A stretch of DNA of 63,824 bases, the filler included, from Octopus bimaculoides (Eukaryota): the NCBI RefSeq assembly GCF_001194135.2. It is 5 parts of 4 records of this genome, joined end to end, with 100 filler letters (N's around TTAATTAATTAA, not from the genome) between each part and the next. Parts side by side here need not be neighbours in the genome. Positions count along the whole stretch, not along the records: positions 1 to 29,033 come from NC_068984.1; positions 29,134 to 40,290 come from NC_068990.1; 3 more parts are not named here. One strand, given 5' to 3'. The notes beneath the pieces are model-generated. The model had not been told where the DNA came from and searched no databases. It saw only the letters and a program-made list of their open reading frames with translations. The position numbers were made by a program, and so were the translations under genes. Shown here in pieces: positions 24,715 through 35,063 of the stretch (positions are counted from its first letter, which is position 1; every line of letters begins with the position of its first letter).

Positions 24715-24922
24715 CTTTCTAATATATAAGCACACAGTATGAAATTTTGGTGGAGTGGGCTAGCCGATCACAACGACCCCACTGTGGTACTTATTTCTTC
24801 AACTCCGGAATGATGAAAAGCAAAGTCGACCTTGGAGGAATTTGAACTCAGAACGTAAAGACGGACGAAATGCCGCTAAGCATATGTCTGGCGTGCTGAC
24901 GGTTCTACTAGCTTACTGCCTT
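24715..24922 (-). mobile_element. SINE family A copy
   Basis: AAAGCAAAGTCGACCTTGGAGGAATTTGAACTCAGAACGTAAAGACGGACGAAATGCCGCTAAGC. Confidence 0.85.
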
Positions 24923-25124
24923 GCGTCAACTTAATATTAACCGTGAACGCCACTGGGACTTTTATTGTTTTTTTGTTATTTGTTTTTGTTTTACTTTAGT
25001 ATCGCACGCACAGGCGAACTTTCCACATTTGTCCGATCAATATTTTGGAGTACCATAATTCTCGGATTATGTTACACCTTAGATATTATTAGATTACCAC
25101 TTCAGATTACTTCTGATCTTCCCC

Positions 25125-25189
<65 letters not shown>

Positions 25190-25699
25190 GAGTGTGCAAG
25201 TATATGCATCTTTGTATGTATGACATCAAAGACGTATCTTTGTCAAGGACATTAATGCTAGTTCCTTCATTGACTTCTAGACTGTGACCTTTAACTTTTT
25301 ATGTCTTCATTTTATCATATAGTCCTCTTTTGTGTCACAGATCATCATTTTCCTTAATTACCAATTTTTGAGGAACCGAGTTGCTGAGATGTTTAACTTA
25401 TGTATTATAAATTGATCTGAAATTCGTGCATCGATTGAATAACCACTTCAAGTTCCAAATACTATCAGCTCCAATCATCTTTATTTGCACCTCGTTATTC
25501 AGAACTCTTCGAGGGCTGTGTCATGTGCTGTCTTTACACGAAATTCAAAACCGGGAGATAACATGTACTTTCAGAAATAGTGGACCGTCTCACTAAATGC
25601 CACATCATATTTTATTGGCAACTGAAAATAATTTTCTGTCTATTTAGAATGGTTTTATTTTGGGAATCATCTTAATCTCTTTATCAAAAGCATAGACAG

Positions 25700-25747
25700 A
25701 CGTTTATATACTTTTATCTTTTGCTAGAGATAAAAGTATATAAACGT
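25700..25747. repeat. Perfect 20-bp inverted repeat with 8-nt spacer
   Basis: ACGTTTATATACTTTTATCT-tttgctag-AGATAAAAGTATATAAACGT. Confidence 0.92.
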
Positions 25748-26230
25748 GGAGTCATTGGTAAAGGAGATATAGGCGTCGGGTGAGATATTTTTCTTGTCTT
25801 TCTTTTCATTTACTGTAAAGTAAAACAAGCGTGTTTATTTTTCTTTCTTCTTTCATAAAGTAGTTCTAAAATATATTAATAACGCTGTTGATAGTGCATT
25901 CCAATGTGCTCATCATCGCTGAAGAAAGCATTTTAATGACAGAAAAGTTAAGAAACAATACATAATGACATTTTACNNNNNNNNNNNNNNNNNNNNNNNN
26001 NNNNNNNNNNNNNNNNNNNNNNNNNNNNNNNNNNNNNNNNNNNNNNNNNNNNNNNNNNNNNNNNNNNNNNNNNNNNNNNNNNNNNNNNNNNNNNNNNNNN
26101 NNNNNNNNNNNNNNNNNTTATGGTGCTCTCAGACATCTGTCAGTCACTGCTGTCTGTAAGAGTGGGTCGTTGGATAATCGCACACAGTTTCGTCTGCGTC
26201 TAGTGGATATTAAAACAACTTAGATTGGCT

Positions 26231-26331
26231 GTTGAATGCATCGGTTCTCGTCCGATCACCGAAGTTAAGCAACGCCGAGCCTATTTAGTACTTAAATGGG
26301 TGACCGCTTGGGAAACCCAGGTGCTGTAAGC
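26231..26331 (+). pseudogene. 5S rRNA-derived fragment (5'-truncated, about nt 18 to the 3' end)
   Basis: GTTGAATGCATCGGTTCTCGTCCGATCACCGAAGTTAAGCAACG...TTAGTACTT..ATGGGTGACCGCTTGGGAA...GGTGCTGTAAGC closely follows metazoan 5S rRNA, including the internal control region. A T-run follows. Confidence 0.88.
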
Positions 26332-26377
26332 AACTCACATTATAATTTTTTTTTTTTTTTTTTTTACCGGAGCAAAC

Positions 26378-26550
26378 TGCTAAGCGGCATTTCGTCCATC
26401 GTTACGTTCTGACTTCAAATTTCGCCGAAGCCGACTTTGCCTTTCATCTTTCCGGGGTCGATAAAATAAGTACCAGTTGATGACTGGCGTCGATGAAATC
26501 AATTTGCCTCTTCTCCCGAACTTGTTGGCCTTGTGCCAAAATTTGAAACG
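26378..26550 (+). mobile_element. SINE family A, head-truncated copy
   Basis: GCTAAGCGGCATTTCGTCC...GCCTTTCATCTTTCCGGGGTCGATAAAATAAGTACCAG. Confidence 0.85.
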
Positions 26551-26570
26551 AATATTGTTGTTTTTGCAAT

Positions 26571-26770
26571 GGCGGTCAGCTGGCAGAATCGTTTGCACAC
26601 CGAGCGGGATGCTTAACAGCATTTCATCCGTCGTTACCTTCTGAGTTCAAATTCAGCTGAAGTCAACTTTGCCTTTCATTCCTTTGAGTCGATAAAATAA
26701 GTACCAATCGAGCAATGGGGTCGATGTAATCGAATTACCCCTTCCACGAAATTGCTGACCTTGTGTCAGT
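26571..26770 (+). mobile_element. SINE family A copy (tandem with the previous one)
   Basis: GGCGGTCAGCTGGCAGAATCG...GAGTTCAAATTC...GTCGATAAAATAAGTACC. Confidence 0.85.
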
Positions 26771-28345
26771 ATTGTTGTTGTTGCTGCTATTTAGCCCCAT
26801 GTCAGCGGTAATTGAATAGACTTACCATCAGAGGCACTCCAACCGAGACAACCCCTGCATTTTTCTTAGGTGTCTCTAGAATTAATTACATTATCCAATA
26901 GTATAGTAGACATCCGTTGGTCTCGAGAAACCATGGATCTGCGCCCGAAGAAATTGTGTCAGCTGCTGATTGTGGTGCAGCGTCTGCTGAAGCTGTAGAG
27001 GCCCACACGGGAGTGGTGGTTACGCATAGAGCGTATTATCCAATACGTTCATCGTTTTTAAAACAAAAGGGTTTGAATTGAGGGATACTGGATGTTAATT
27101 CTTGTAGGTCGAGCTGGCAGGCTACTGCATGTATGCTCCGTCTCCCACACCTGTCTTGATTATAGACAACCGTAGGAAAATCTCAATGGTAAAAGCAAGT
27201 CGTAAATGTAATGTAATTGTTCTGCCGGAAATCGAATTCGTATTGCTGATTCGCATTGTTGAGCTTACATTCATACCTTTTGATATAGACATTCAGTCAT
27301 GCCTACGAAAGACCAAAGTGAAATATAAAGAAAAGGGATAAGATCGTAACAAAATCTTGCAGTTGTTTTCCTTTTATAAGTGATGAGTCAGTTACTTATC
27401 ATCATGTATAATCACGATGATAGGTAAATATTTACTGCAAATTGTGGCAACATTAATTCTACCAACTCTGGCAAAATCGTCACAGTGTTATTGATAATTG
27501 TAGATGAAAAAAGTTGTGAAAATGATATTTTTAGATCATCAGAAAGTGAATTAAACACTAGAGTTTATGTAAATAAATGTATAAAAATTAAACTGAGATA
27601 ACATTTAATAATCTTATTATTAATATAGGCATACACATTATAAAGATTTGCCTCAATAGTGAATAGAAAAAAACATGAAGAACATTGAATTGTGTTCCGA
27701 AGCTAAACCTCAGTTATTCTTGTGCTCAATTAAACATACTTGTCCATATCATATCTTCATTGATCGTAATTCATATCCTTCAAACATATATATATATATA
27801 TATATTCACTATAATAACATTGTTTGGTCAAGTTGTTGAACAAACAAGAACTTTACTAATTAAGTTATTGTTCAGAATGCCTTTAGTATATTTGGTTTCG
27901 CCGATGTTTGTATAGCTGAAGAACAACGAAGCATAGATAGAATGAAAGAAACTAATCATATTGATAAGAATGATTCTTCAAAGAAATAGATCAAAGGACA
28001 TTCATCACAACGTATAGAATCTTACTAAAGCATTTCGATGATTAAAAAAAATGTATATAATGATCTACAAGCGAAGTAAGTATGTATGCTGTGTGCATGC
28101 GCTTGTGACAGGAAGATGTACAGCGAAAGATTGTGGAAATATATATATACAATACACGTTTTCACATACCTTTCGATTTAGTTATTGGAGTGAGTGTTCA
28201 ATGTATCAGCAGAGAAAGATAAAATGAGTCACAAGCTTCGAATGAAAATATATTATATAAACAATAAAATGACGGTTAAAATTTTAATACAAATGATGTA
28301 AAACATTCTATAAACATTAACAAACGGTTGAAAAAGAGCAACAGA

Positions 28346-28417
28346 CCCTTGAGCAGGAGTCGAACCACGAATTTATTGCTTTCCAGACAACTGAATACCT
28401 AACTGCTTCACCAAGCA
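28346..28417 (-). pseudogene. Degenerate tRNA-like sequence (tRNA pseudogene or isolated SINE head)
   Basis: 72 nt. Anticodon arm GTTGT-CTGGAAA-GCAAT, T-loop GGTTCGACTCC, partial acceptor pairing CTTG/CAAG, mismatched D and T stems. Confidence 0.45.
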
Positions 28418-28660
28418 CCTCCCACTTGTCGCCGTCAAATCATTTCCTGGTATAATAAACTAACACTTTTTATCTCAACAAATATCGAATTTGTTACTAA
28501 TAATTCGTAGTCATTCAACCTCTTTTTTGTGTTGTATCCAAGCCATGTCTAACATAGCGAAGTATCCCGATGTTTAATTCCATTTTAGTGTCTATAGTGC
28601 AATTTATACTAAAAATAAAAATAAAAAGATATTTGTTGTTGACTTACACGGAATCGTTAG

Positions 28661-28835
28661 AACATCGGGAAAATGCGCTTTACGTTCTGAGTTCAAACCC
28701 CATCGATATCAACTTTCCCTTTATCCTCCGCCGTGGTCTACTGCCTTTCGGGGTCGATAAAATATGTACCACATGAGCTCTGGAGTCGATTCAATCTACT
28801 TACCCGCTACTTCGAACCTTTTGCCAAAATTTGAA
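28661..28835 (+). mobile_element. SINE family A, degenerate
   Basis: GAATCGTTAG...TTACGTTCTGAGTTCAAACCC...CCTTTCGGGGTCGATAAAAT. Confidence 0.75.
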
Positions 28836-29077
28836 ATGTTAGACAGAAGTAGAATACATACTTACTGGAGGAGATGAAGGCTGAAGTGGGGGAGATGGCG
28901 GCCGATTACTAATTACTTGAAGAGAAAATATATAGAATATATCAGATCAAACGTTGTTTTGTTGAGCCCAAGCTCAACTCTCATCGAGATCGTTGATCAA
29001 ATATGTTTCTTTTGTCATCATGCAATCATTTTTNNNNNNNNNNNNNNNNNNNNNNNNNNNNNNNNNNNNNNNNNNNN

Positions 29078-29089
29078 TTAATTAATTAA
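29078..29089. other. Artificial gap linker TTAATTAATTAA (also at 40335-40346, 51808-51819, 59580-59591)
   Basis: Each is flanked by exactly 44 Ns on both sides (100 bp in total) and gives TAA in all six frames. Confidence 0.95.
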
Positions 29090-29549
29090 NNNNNNNNNNN
29101 NNNNNNNNNNNNNNNNNNNNNNNNNNNNNNNNNTGTGGCAAAGATTAAAGCTTTTGGAAACATGGGTGTTTTGCTCAACATCCTTAAACAAACCTTATTC
29201 AGGGACCTTTTGAGCGGGATGGGATACTCGACCTGAAAAAAATTCTAACTGGGCCCCACCTGCGAGGTCATGCGCTGTTTATCTTGGTATGAGATCAAAA
29301 TGTCGCGCACATATGGTTGTGATGCATGTGCCTGGTGTACCCTTATCAGACGTTAAGAAAATAGTAAATGAAATGTGATCTTTGTTTTTTTGTTTCATTT
29401 TTGCTGTATCACCATTTTTGACAGCGACAGACGATGACTTGGCTGATCGTAGCTCCACCCAAGAAAGGTGACCTGGCTGTGAAACCTCTACCCCCTACAC
29501 CACAGGACGCACTGGATATATGTCTACCCGAGCGTATCTGCATTATAAG

Positions 29550-29617
29550 TATGTATGTATGTATGCATGTATGTATGTATGTATATATGTATGTATGTAT
29601 GTATATATGTATGTATG

Positions 29618-29678
<61 letters not shown>

Positions 29679-29705
29679 AGAGAGAGAGAGAGAGAGAGAG
29701 AGAGT
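29550..29705. repeat. Compound (TATG)n-(TA)n-(GA)n microsatellite
   Basis: Read directly from the sequence. Confidence 0.92.
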
Positions 29706-30334
29706 AAAGAGAAGGAGAGACAGAGAGAGTAAAGAGGAGAGACAGAGAGAACGAGCACATGGTGAATTGGGATCCGTATGCCTATATATGTGTTTGTGTG
29801 TGTAATATAACATAGTATATATATGCGTATGACCATGCATACACACAAAGGCAAACGCATATATCATATGTATGTGTATGTTTGCTGTATGGATGGATGT
29901 ATACTAACTCAGCATGTGCGCAGTGAAATTCAATGGACGGACTGGAAAAAAATTGTCATGCAGACTAATTTGAGTAATTTATTATAAACAAAAAGAATGA
30001 CACTAGCAGCAAGAACAGCAACAAAACCTTCTCAAATTCGCCATTGTTCGGAAATGTGTATCGTGTTGATGAACGAGTGCATAAAAATAAAGAGAACCCA
30101 AACCCTAGAAATGATAGATGTATTGATGCTCGAGCTTCCATTTGATATGTATCACACTTGAACTGGGAGTGAAAGAAATGAGGTGTCATTTATCTGCGCG
30201 ATAAGGCGGGCCAGCGAAGGAGAGTTGTGTGTAAACAATCGTCTTACTAAAAATAGTAGCCCATATCTGTCCCAAAGCTCAATTTACCGCCTTAAAAATG
30301 CTGTGTACGGAATATCAGGAATATGATACGTGAG

Positions 30335-30530
30335 AAAAAAAAACAATTTTGGAGGGAATGGGTTAGTCGATTACATTCGTCTCTATACTTGACTGGCATT
30401 ATATTTTCTCGACTCTGCGAAAGAATGAAACGCAAAGTTGACCTAAGCGAGATTAGAGCTCAGAGTGTAAAAACTGGGAACATATGTACTTCGCATGGTA
30501 CTCTAACGATTCTGACAGCTCGGGAGTGGA
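30335..30530 (-). mobile_element. SINE family A, degenerate
   Basis: GAATGAAACGCAAAGTTGACCTAAGCGAGATTAGAGCTCAGAG...CTAACGATTCTGACAGCTC. Confidence 0.7.
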
Positions 30531-30921
30531 CATTGATAAAATCTCTTTGATCATAGGTCTGCTCGTTCGTGACTGGCCTGGGGCTAATCGATAGCAATAT
30601 GTGACGGTCATCGTAATGCGGTCTTTCGAAGTTTGTGGTGGCTGTGTGAATATGAGCTGGAGTCAAGAACAAAGGTAGATTGGTTGGGTTGCGAGGGACA
30701 CTGGTACAATGGCACCAGGATAATTGGAAAGGTGTATCCATGACAATGTGCATTTTTCCGTGTGACAATGAATGTGTTGTTGTTGCTGACGCCATCGTCA
30801 TTGTTTGTTGTAGTTGTTGTTTAGCCCCAAACAAAGCAAATACCATATCCAGACATTGTTCAGCTGTGATTGTCCTGCAATTTTAAGATAACGCAGGTTT
30901 CTTGGTCAAAGCTATGTCAAA

Positions 30922-31290
30922 GCAACGAGCTGGCAAAATCGTTAGAGTGTCGGACAAAATGCCTTCTGGTAGTTTTAACTTTTGCCGGGTCAACTTCACC
31001 TTTCATCCCATAAAATAAAGTACCAGTCAAGTACAAGGAACGATGGTATCAATTAACCTCATTCCCTCGAAACTACTGGTTTTCTGCCTAAATTAGAAAC
31101 CATCATTTAGTGCAAGAGTGGGGTGGGTCGATTGGCAGTGGTGTTAATACGTCTAACAAAGCGCTTTACTATGGCTGTTTGCGTTCAGAGTTCATCTTTG
31201 CCTAAGAACAAGTTCCTTGGAGCACGGACTCTGATTGGTTTTTGTGAAAGTACCGCTTGAAGAATTTTTAACTGAATGAATCGAACCAGT
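30922..31290 (+). mobile_element. Two degenerate SINE family A copies in tandem
   Basis: GAGCTGGCAAAATCGTTAG...CCTTTCATCCC...AAAGTACCAG at about 30925-31105 and a weaker copy at about 31120-31290. Confidence 0.6.
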
Positions 31291-31292
31291 AC

Positions 31293-31356
<64 letters not shown>
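31291..31356. repeat. (ATT)n microsatellite
   Basis: About 22 ATT units. Confidence 0.95.
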
Positions 31357-31357
<1 letters not shown>

Positions 31358-31479
31358 TTTATGTTTGACTTTTGTTTTGCATTTGTACAAGTTGGATCCA
31401 AGTCTCACCCAGAGACCTCAAGAGACAACAAGTTATTATTATTATTATTATTATAGTTATTATTATTGTTATTATTATT

Positions 31480-31797
31480 ATTTTGTTAAGCCTGGTAATT
31501 ATTCTATCGGTGCGTTTTGCCGAACCGCTAAGTTACGGGGACATGAACAGACCAATAGCGGTTATCAAGCGGTAGTGGGGATAAACACAGACACAAAGAC
31601 ACACACTCTCTTTCTCTCTCTCACACACACACGTATACATATAAATGGCGGGCTTCTTTCAGTTTCCGTCTTCCAAATCCGACTCTGGTCGGTCCAAGCG
31701 TATAATAGAAGACACTTGCCCAAGGTGCCACGAAGTTGGACTGAACCTGAAACCATGTGGTAAGGAAGCAAGCTTCTTACCACACAGCCACGCCTGC
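31480..31797 (-). mobile_element. SINE family B copy (head to central region)
   Basis: TTGCCGAACCGCTAAGTTACGGGGAC...AGAAGACACTTGCCCAAGGTGCCACG...CCACACAGCCACGCCTGC. Confidence 0.88.
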
Positions 31798-32329
31798 AAG
31801 CAAGCTTTTCTTTAGATGGTTCATCTTAGTACCTTGCGGATATTTGGGATTGACTCACAGTATTAGAGATTCACAAAAATGTTTTTATTTTTGTTTGTTT
31901 TTGAATATTATTTCACTTCGGAAATTTTTTCCTCTGGTTACATCATTTTAATATGGGTTCTACTGGAAGAGCAGGAAGATGCGCCGGTAACAGATGAAAT
32001 AGTACTGGATACACAAATCCCCGCTAAAATTATATCCTTGTGTTTCTGTTAACGAATGAATTACTAGAGACCCGGACTAAATACTCACGGTGTTTTCTTC
32101 CAAATTTCTTCCGAGCCAACTCGTGTTCTTCCATTCCTCTGGGTTTAATAAAATAACCAGCAACCAGGTGTCATGTTTATTAAACCACCGATTCCTCTTC
32201 ACAACATTAGAATGTTTCGTCTTGCGCCATAATTTCGAAACAAAAAATATTGACAGACTCAGTACAACGTCGGATGAAAATGTGTTGCAATTTCAGTATT
32301 TCATTACAACTCCTTTATATTTTAATTTC

Positions 32330-32950
32330 TATTCCCGCAGAGAATTCCAACTTAGAGTTCTTTGCCTTTTATCGTAGGGGTGAGGCGGCTGTCGACCAAT
32401 AGAATTATTAGTAAAGTAGTGGGATTAATTTCATCGACTTTACCTCTCACACAAATGCAAGGCGCTCTGCCTATGTAAGAAATTATTCTTTTTAGTGCAA
32501 TGATATAATAAAGAGACATATGCAGACCTAACTGTGATTCCCAATGGATCCAATCCGTTGCATTTAAATACCAAATAGACCTAAATTAGCTGCGATTTGT
32601 TTATTCTCATGCTTATATCCTAATTCAAGTACAGTTTATTAAGTGATTCTTCGTATGGTGTATTGGCAATTGTGTAGAATTTTAGGTCATGTGTATATAG
32701 TAAAGGTGGCGAATTGGCGAATTTATCAGAACGTCAGGTCGAATTCCTCGTGGTATTCATTTTGACTCTAAATGTTCTGCGATCAATTGTCGCCAGGGTC
32801 AACTTTGTTTTCCATCCTTTCGGAGTCGATAAACAAAGTACTTATTTAAGGTGGTAGATTGGTGGAATTGTAAGGATTTCGGACCGGATGCCTTTGATGT
32901 ATTTATTTGTTCCGGTTCTCATTATTCTGAGCTAAATTGCGCCTTGACGT
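32330..32950. mobile_element. Cluster of decayed SINE family A fragments
   Basis: Fragments such as GGTGGCGAATTGGCGAA...TTTCCATCCTTTCGGAGTCGATAAACAAAGTAC. Confidence 0.55.
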
Positions 32951-33466
32951 CTAAGAGGTACCCTCGGTGACCCGCAGCCCCAGCGTGACAAGTGAGACAT
33001 AGTCTTGAAACTAAAGTCAGTAACAAACAATTGATGCTGGGTGAAATTGAGAGAAGAGGTCCTCCAGCTGGAGCAACATGTGCCATGGTGATGTGACGTC
33101 ATATGGATACAGTAGATCGGAGAACATTTCGGTCATCGGACAAAATGCTTTACAATGTTATATATTCGGAAAAAAATTTGGATCAGAATTAATCTGGGGA
33201 TTAAAAGTTCGAGTCATAGGCTTTTAAGACCAGTTTCCGGATTCTGTGGCGTACATCTATTTCCCACCTCCTCCGCTGGAGAGGACGCTATAATTCTTAT
33301 CACCGATATGACCAGGAACGCAATAACACTGAAAATGGTGTCATATTTGTGAGAAAATAAGCAGCTCTGGAGCCGGACTTAGGAGCCTCTTAAGTATTCA
33401 TAGCCGGATCCTTGTCGACCACTTTTGCAGAAGTGGCAATATTCTGAAAAGTTACAAAATAGGTTG

Positions 33467-33646
33467 CGTGTATGTATGCATGTATGTATGTAGGTATGTA
33501 TGAATGTATGTATGTATGTATGTATGTATGTATGTATGCATGTATGTATGTATGTATGTATGTATGTATGTATGTATGTATGCATGTATGCACGTATGTA
33601 TGTATGTATGTATGTATGTATGTATGTATGTATGTATGTATGTATG
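33467..33646. repeat. (TATG)n microsatellite
   Basis: About 45 units with a few variants. Confidence 0.95.
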
Positions 33647-33745
33647 TCATTATTCAGTTTATTTCAAAGATTTCTTGCCAATAGAGACAGAATCGGTTTC
33701 TAACTTAGATCCAAGGTTCCTTCATTGGAATTTCAACATCTACAA

Positions 33746-33749
<4 letters not shown>
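33647..33749 (-). mobile_element. Short microsatellite-embedded repeat (copies also at 41915-42024 and 42067-42182)
   Basis: TTATTCAG.TT.ATTTCAAGATTTCTTGCCAATAG...GGTTTCTAAC.TA.ATCCAA...CTTCATTGGAATTTCA is present three times, each adjoining (TATG)n or (TG)n. Confidence 0.75.
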
Positions 33750-33842
<93 letters not shown>

Positions 33843-34345
33843 CTCCCTTTCTCTCCCTCCAGGTCTAACTGCAACCGAATTCTACAAAAAAGAAATTGTA
33901 AGAGTAGGAGAGATAAAATGGGAGAGAGAGAGGGGGAAAGAGAAAGAGGATGAAAGAAAAAGAGGGAGAGAGAGAAATAAAGGGAGAGAGAGAGAAAAAA
34001 AGAGGGAGAAAGAGAAAAAAGAGGGTGAGAGGGAAAAGAAAGCGGACGGGAGAAATAAGGAGAGAGAAAGAAAGAGGGAGAAGGAGATAAAAGAGGGACA
34101 GAGAGAAAGAGAGGAGAGAGGAAAAAAGGGAAAGAGAGAGAGAAAAAGTGAGAGAGAGAAACAGGAAAGAGAGAGAGAAAAAGAGGAGAGAGAAAGAGAG
34201 AGAGAAGAGAGGAAAAGAGAGAGATAGAGGAGGGAGAAAGGTGGGAAAGAGAGAGAGGAAGAGGGAGAGAGAGGAGAGAGGTAGAGAAAGGAGAGAGAGA
34301 GGTAGAGAAAGGAGAGAGGGAGAGAGACAAAAAGAGAGAGAGCAG
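33747..34345. repeat. (CT)n tract followed by a ~420-bp degenerate GA-rich purine tract
   Basis: (CT)n at about 33747-33838, near-pure A/G at about 33918-34345. Confidence 0.9.
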
Positions 34346-34489
34346 AAGAATTTACACCTATACTTGACCTGTACTTTATGTATTGACTTCGGAAGAATGG
34401 ACGATAAAGTAGCCCGTGGCGTCACTTGAAGCCAGAGTGCGGACAGCTTTCATGAATAACCGCAAAACAGTCTGTCCGACCTTCTAACA

Positions 34490-34752
34490 CAGTGGTTCTG
34501 AACTAGGGTCCATATGGTCTTCAGGACTGGGTTCATATAAGATTTTGCTGTTAAAAATTTACGCGCAATAAATTAGTTATACTTCTACAATACACAAAAT
34601 ATTTAATTTGTTTTTGTTATAAAATTCCCAATAATATTTAATTATAAAAATGCAGTAAATTGTTTTATATGCTGCAAATGGCCATGGAAGTCCAATTAAA
34701 GTAAAATAAGAGTCAAAGAGGTTCGAAGGTAAAAAATGGTTGAGAACCACCG
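34490..34752. mobile_element. hAT (Charlie-like) MITE
   Basis: CAGTGGTTCTGAAC ... GGTTGAGAACCACCG termini. The 8-bp flanks TTCTAACA and ATCTTACG match at 5 of 8 positions. Confidence 0.65.
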
Positions 34753-35063
34753 ATCTTACGACTGTCTCAGAAGAACTCATCAAGACGCAATGTAGGAACT
34801 TACATTGAATCTAAGATTCGCTGTTTGTAGCATTTCTGCTTTGGTATTTAAAACATTATAACTATTGAATTAATTAATTGCTTTAAATAACGCTTTAATT
34901 AGCGTGCATGCCCACAAATTTGTATAATTAATATTTCGTTATATGTCTACCATAAGTTCTTATAACTTGTAACTGGTTGATGAAACTCCACCCACTCAAA
35001 AAAGAAAAAAAAAATGAAATTTTTCTATTATAATCACAAGGCCAGGAATTTTGGGGAAAGGGA

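Noticed and set aside
25918-25960. CTGAAGA...GAAA spacing resembling a hammerhead
   Set aside because: Stems I to III do not pair convincingly.
26900-27080. CpG-rich open frame ...GSAPEEIVSAADCGAASAEAVEAH...
   Set aside because: No start, weak acceptor and no recognisable homology.
29134-29352. Sequence that looks like a familiar octopus interspersed repeat
   Set aside because: Single copy here with no diagnostic motif, so it cannot be classified from this window alone.
33390-34429. ORFs of YVCM/HTYI/SL/ER repeats
   Set aside because: Translations of (TATG)n, (CT)n and GA-rich tracts.
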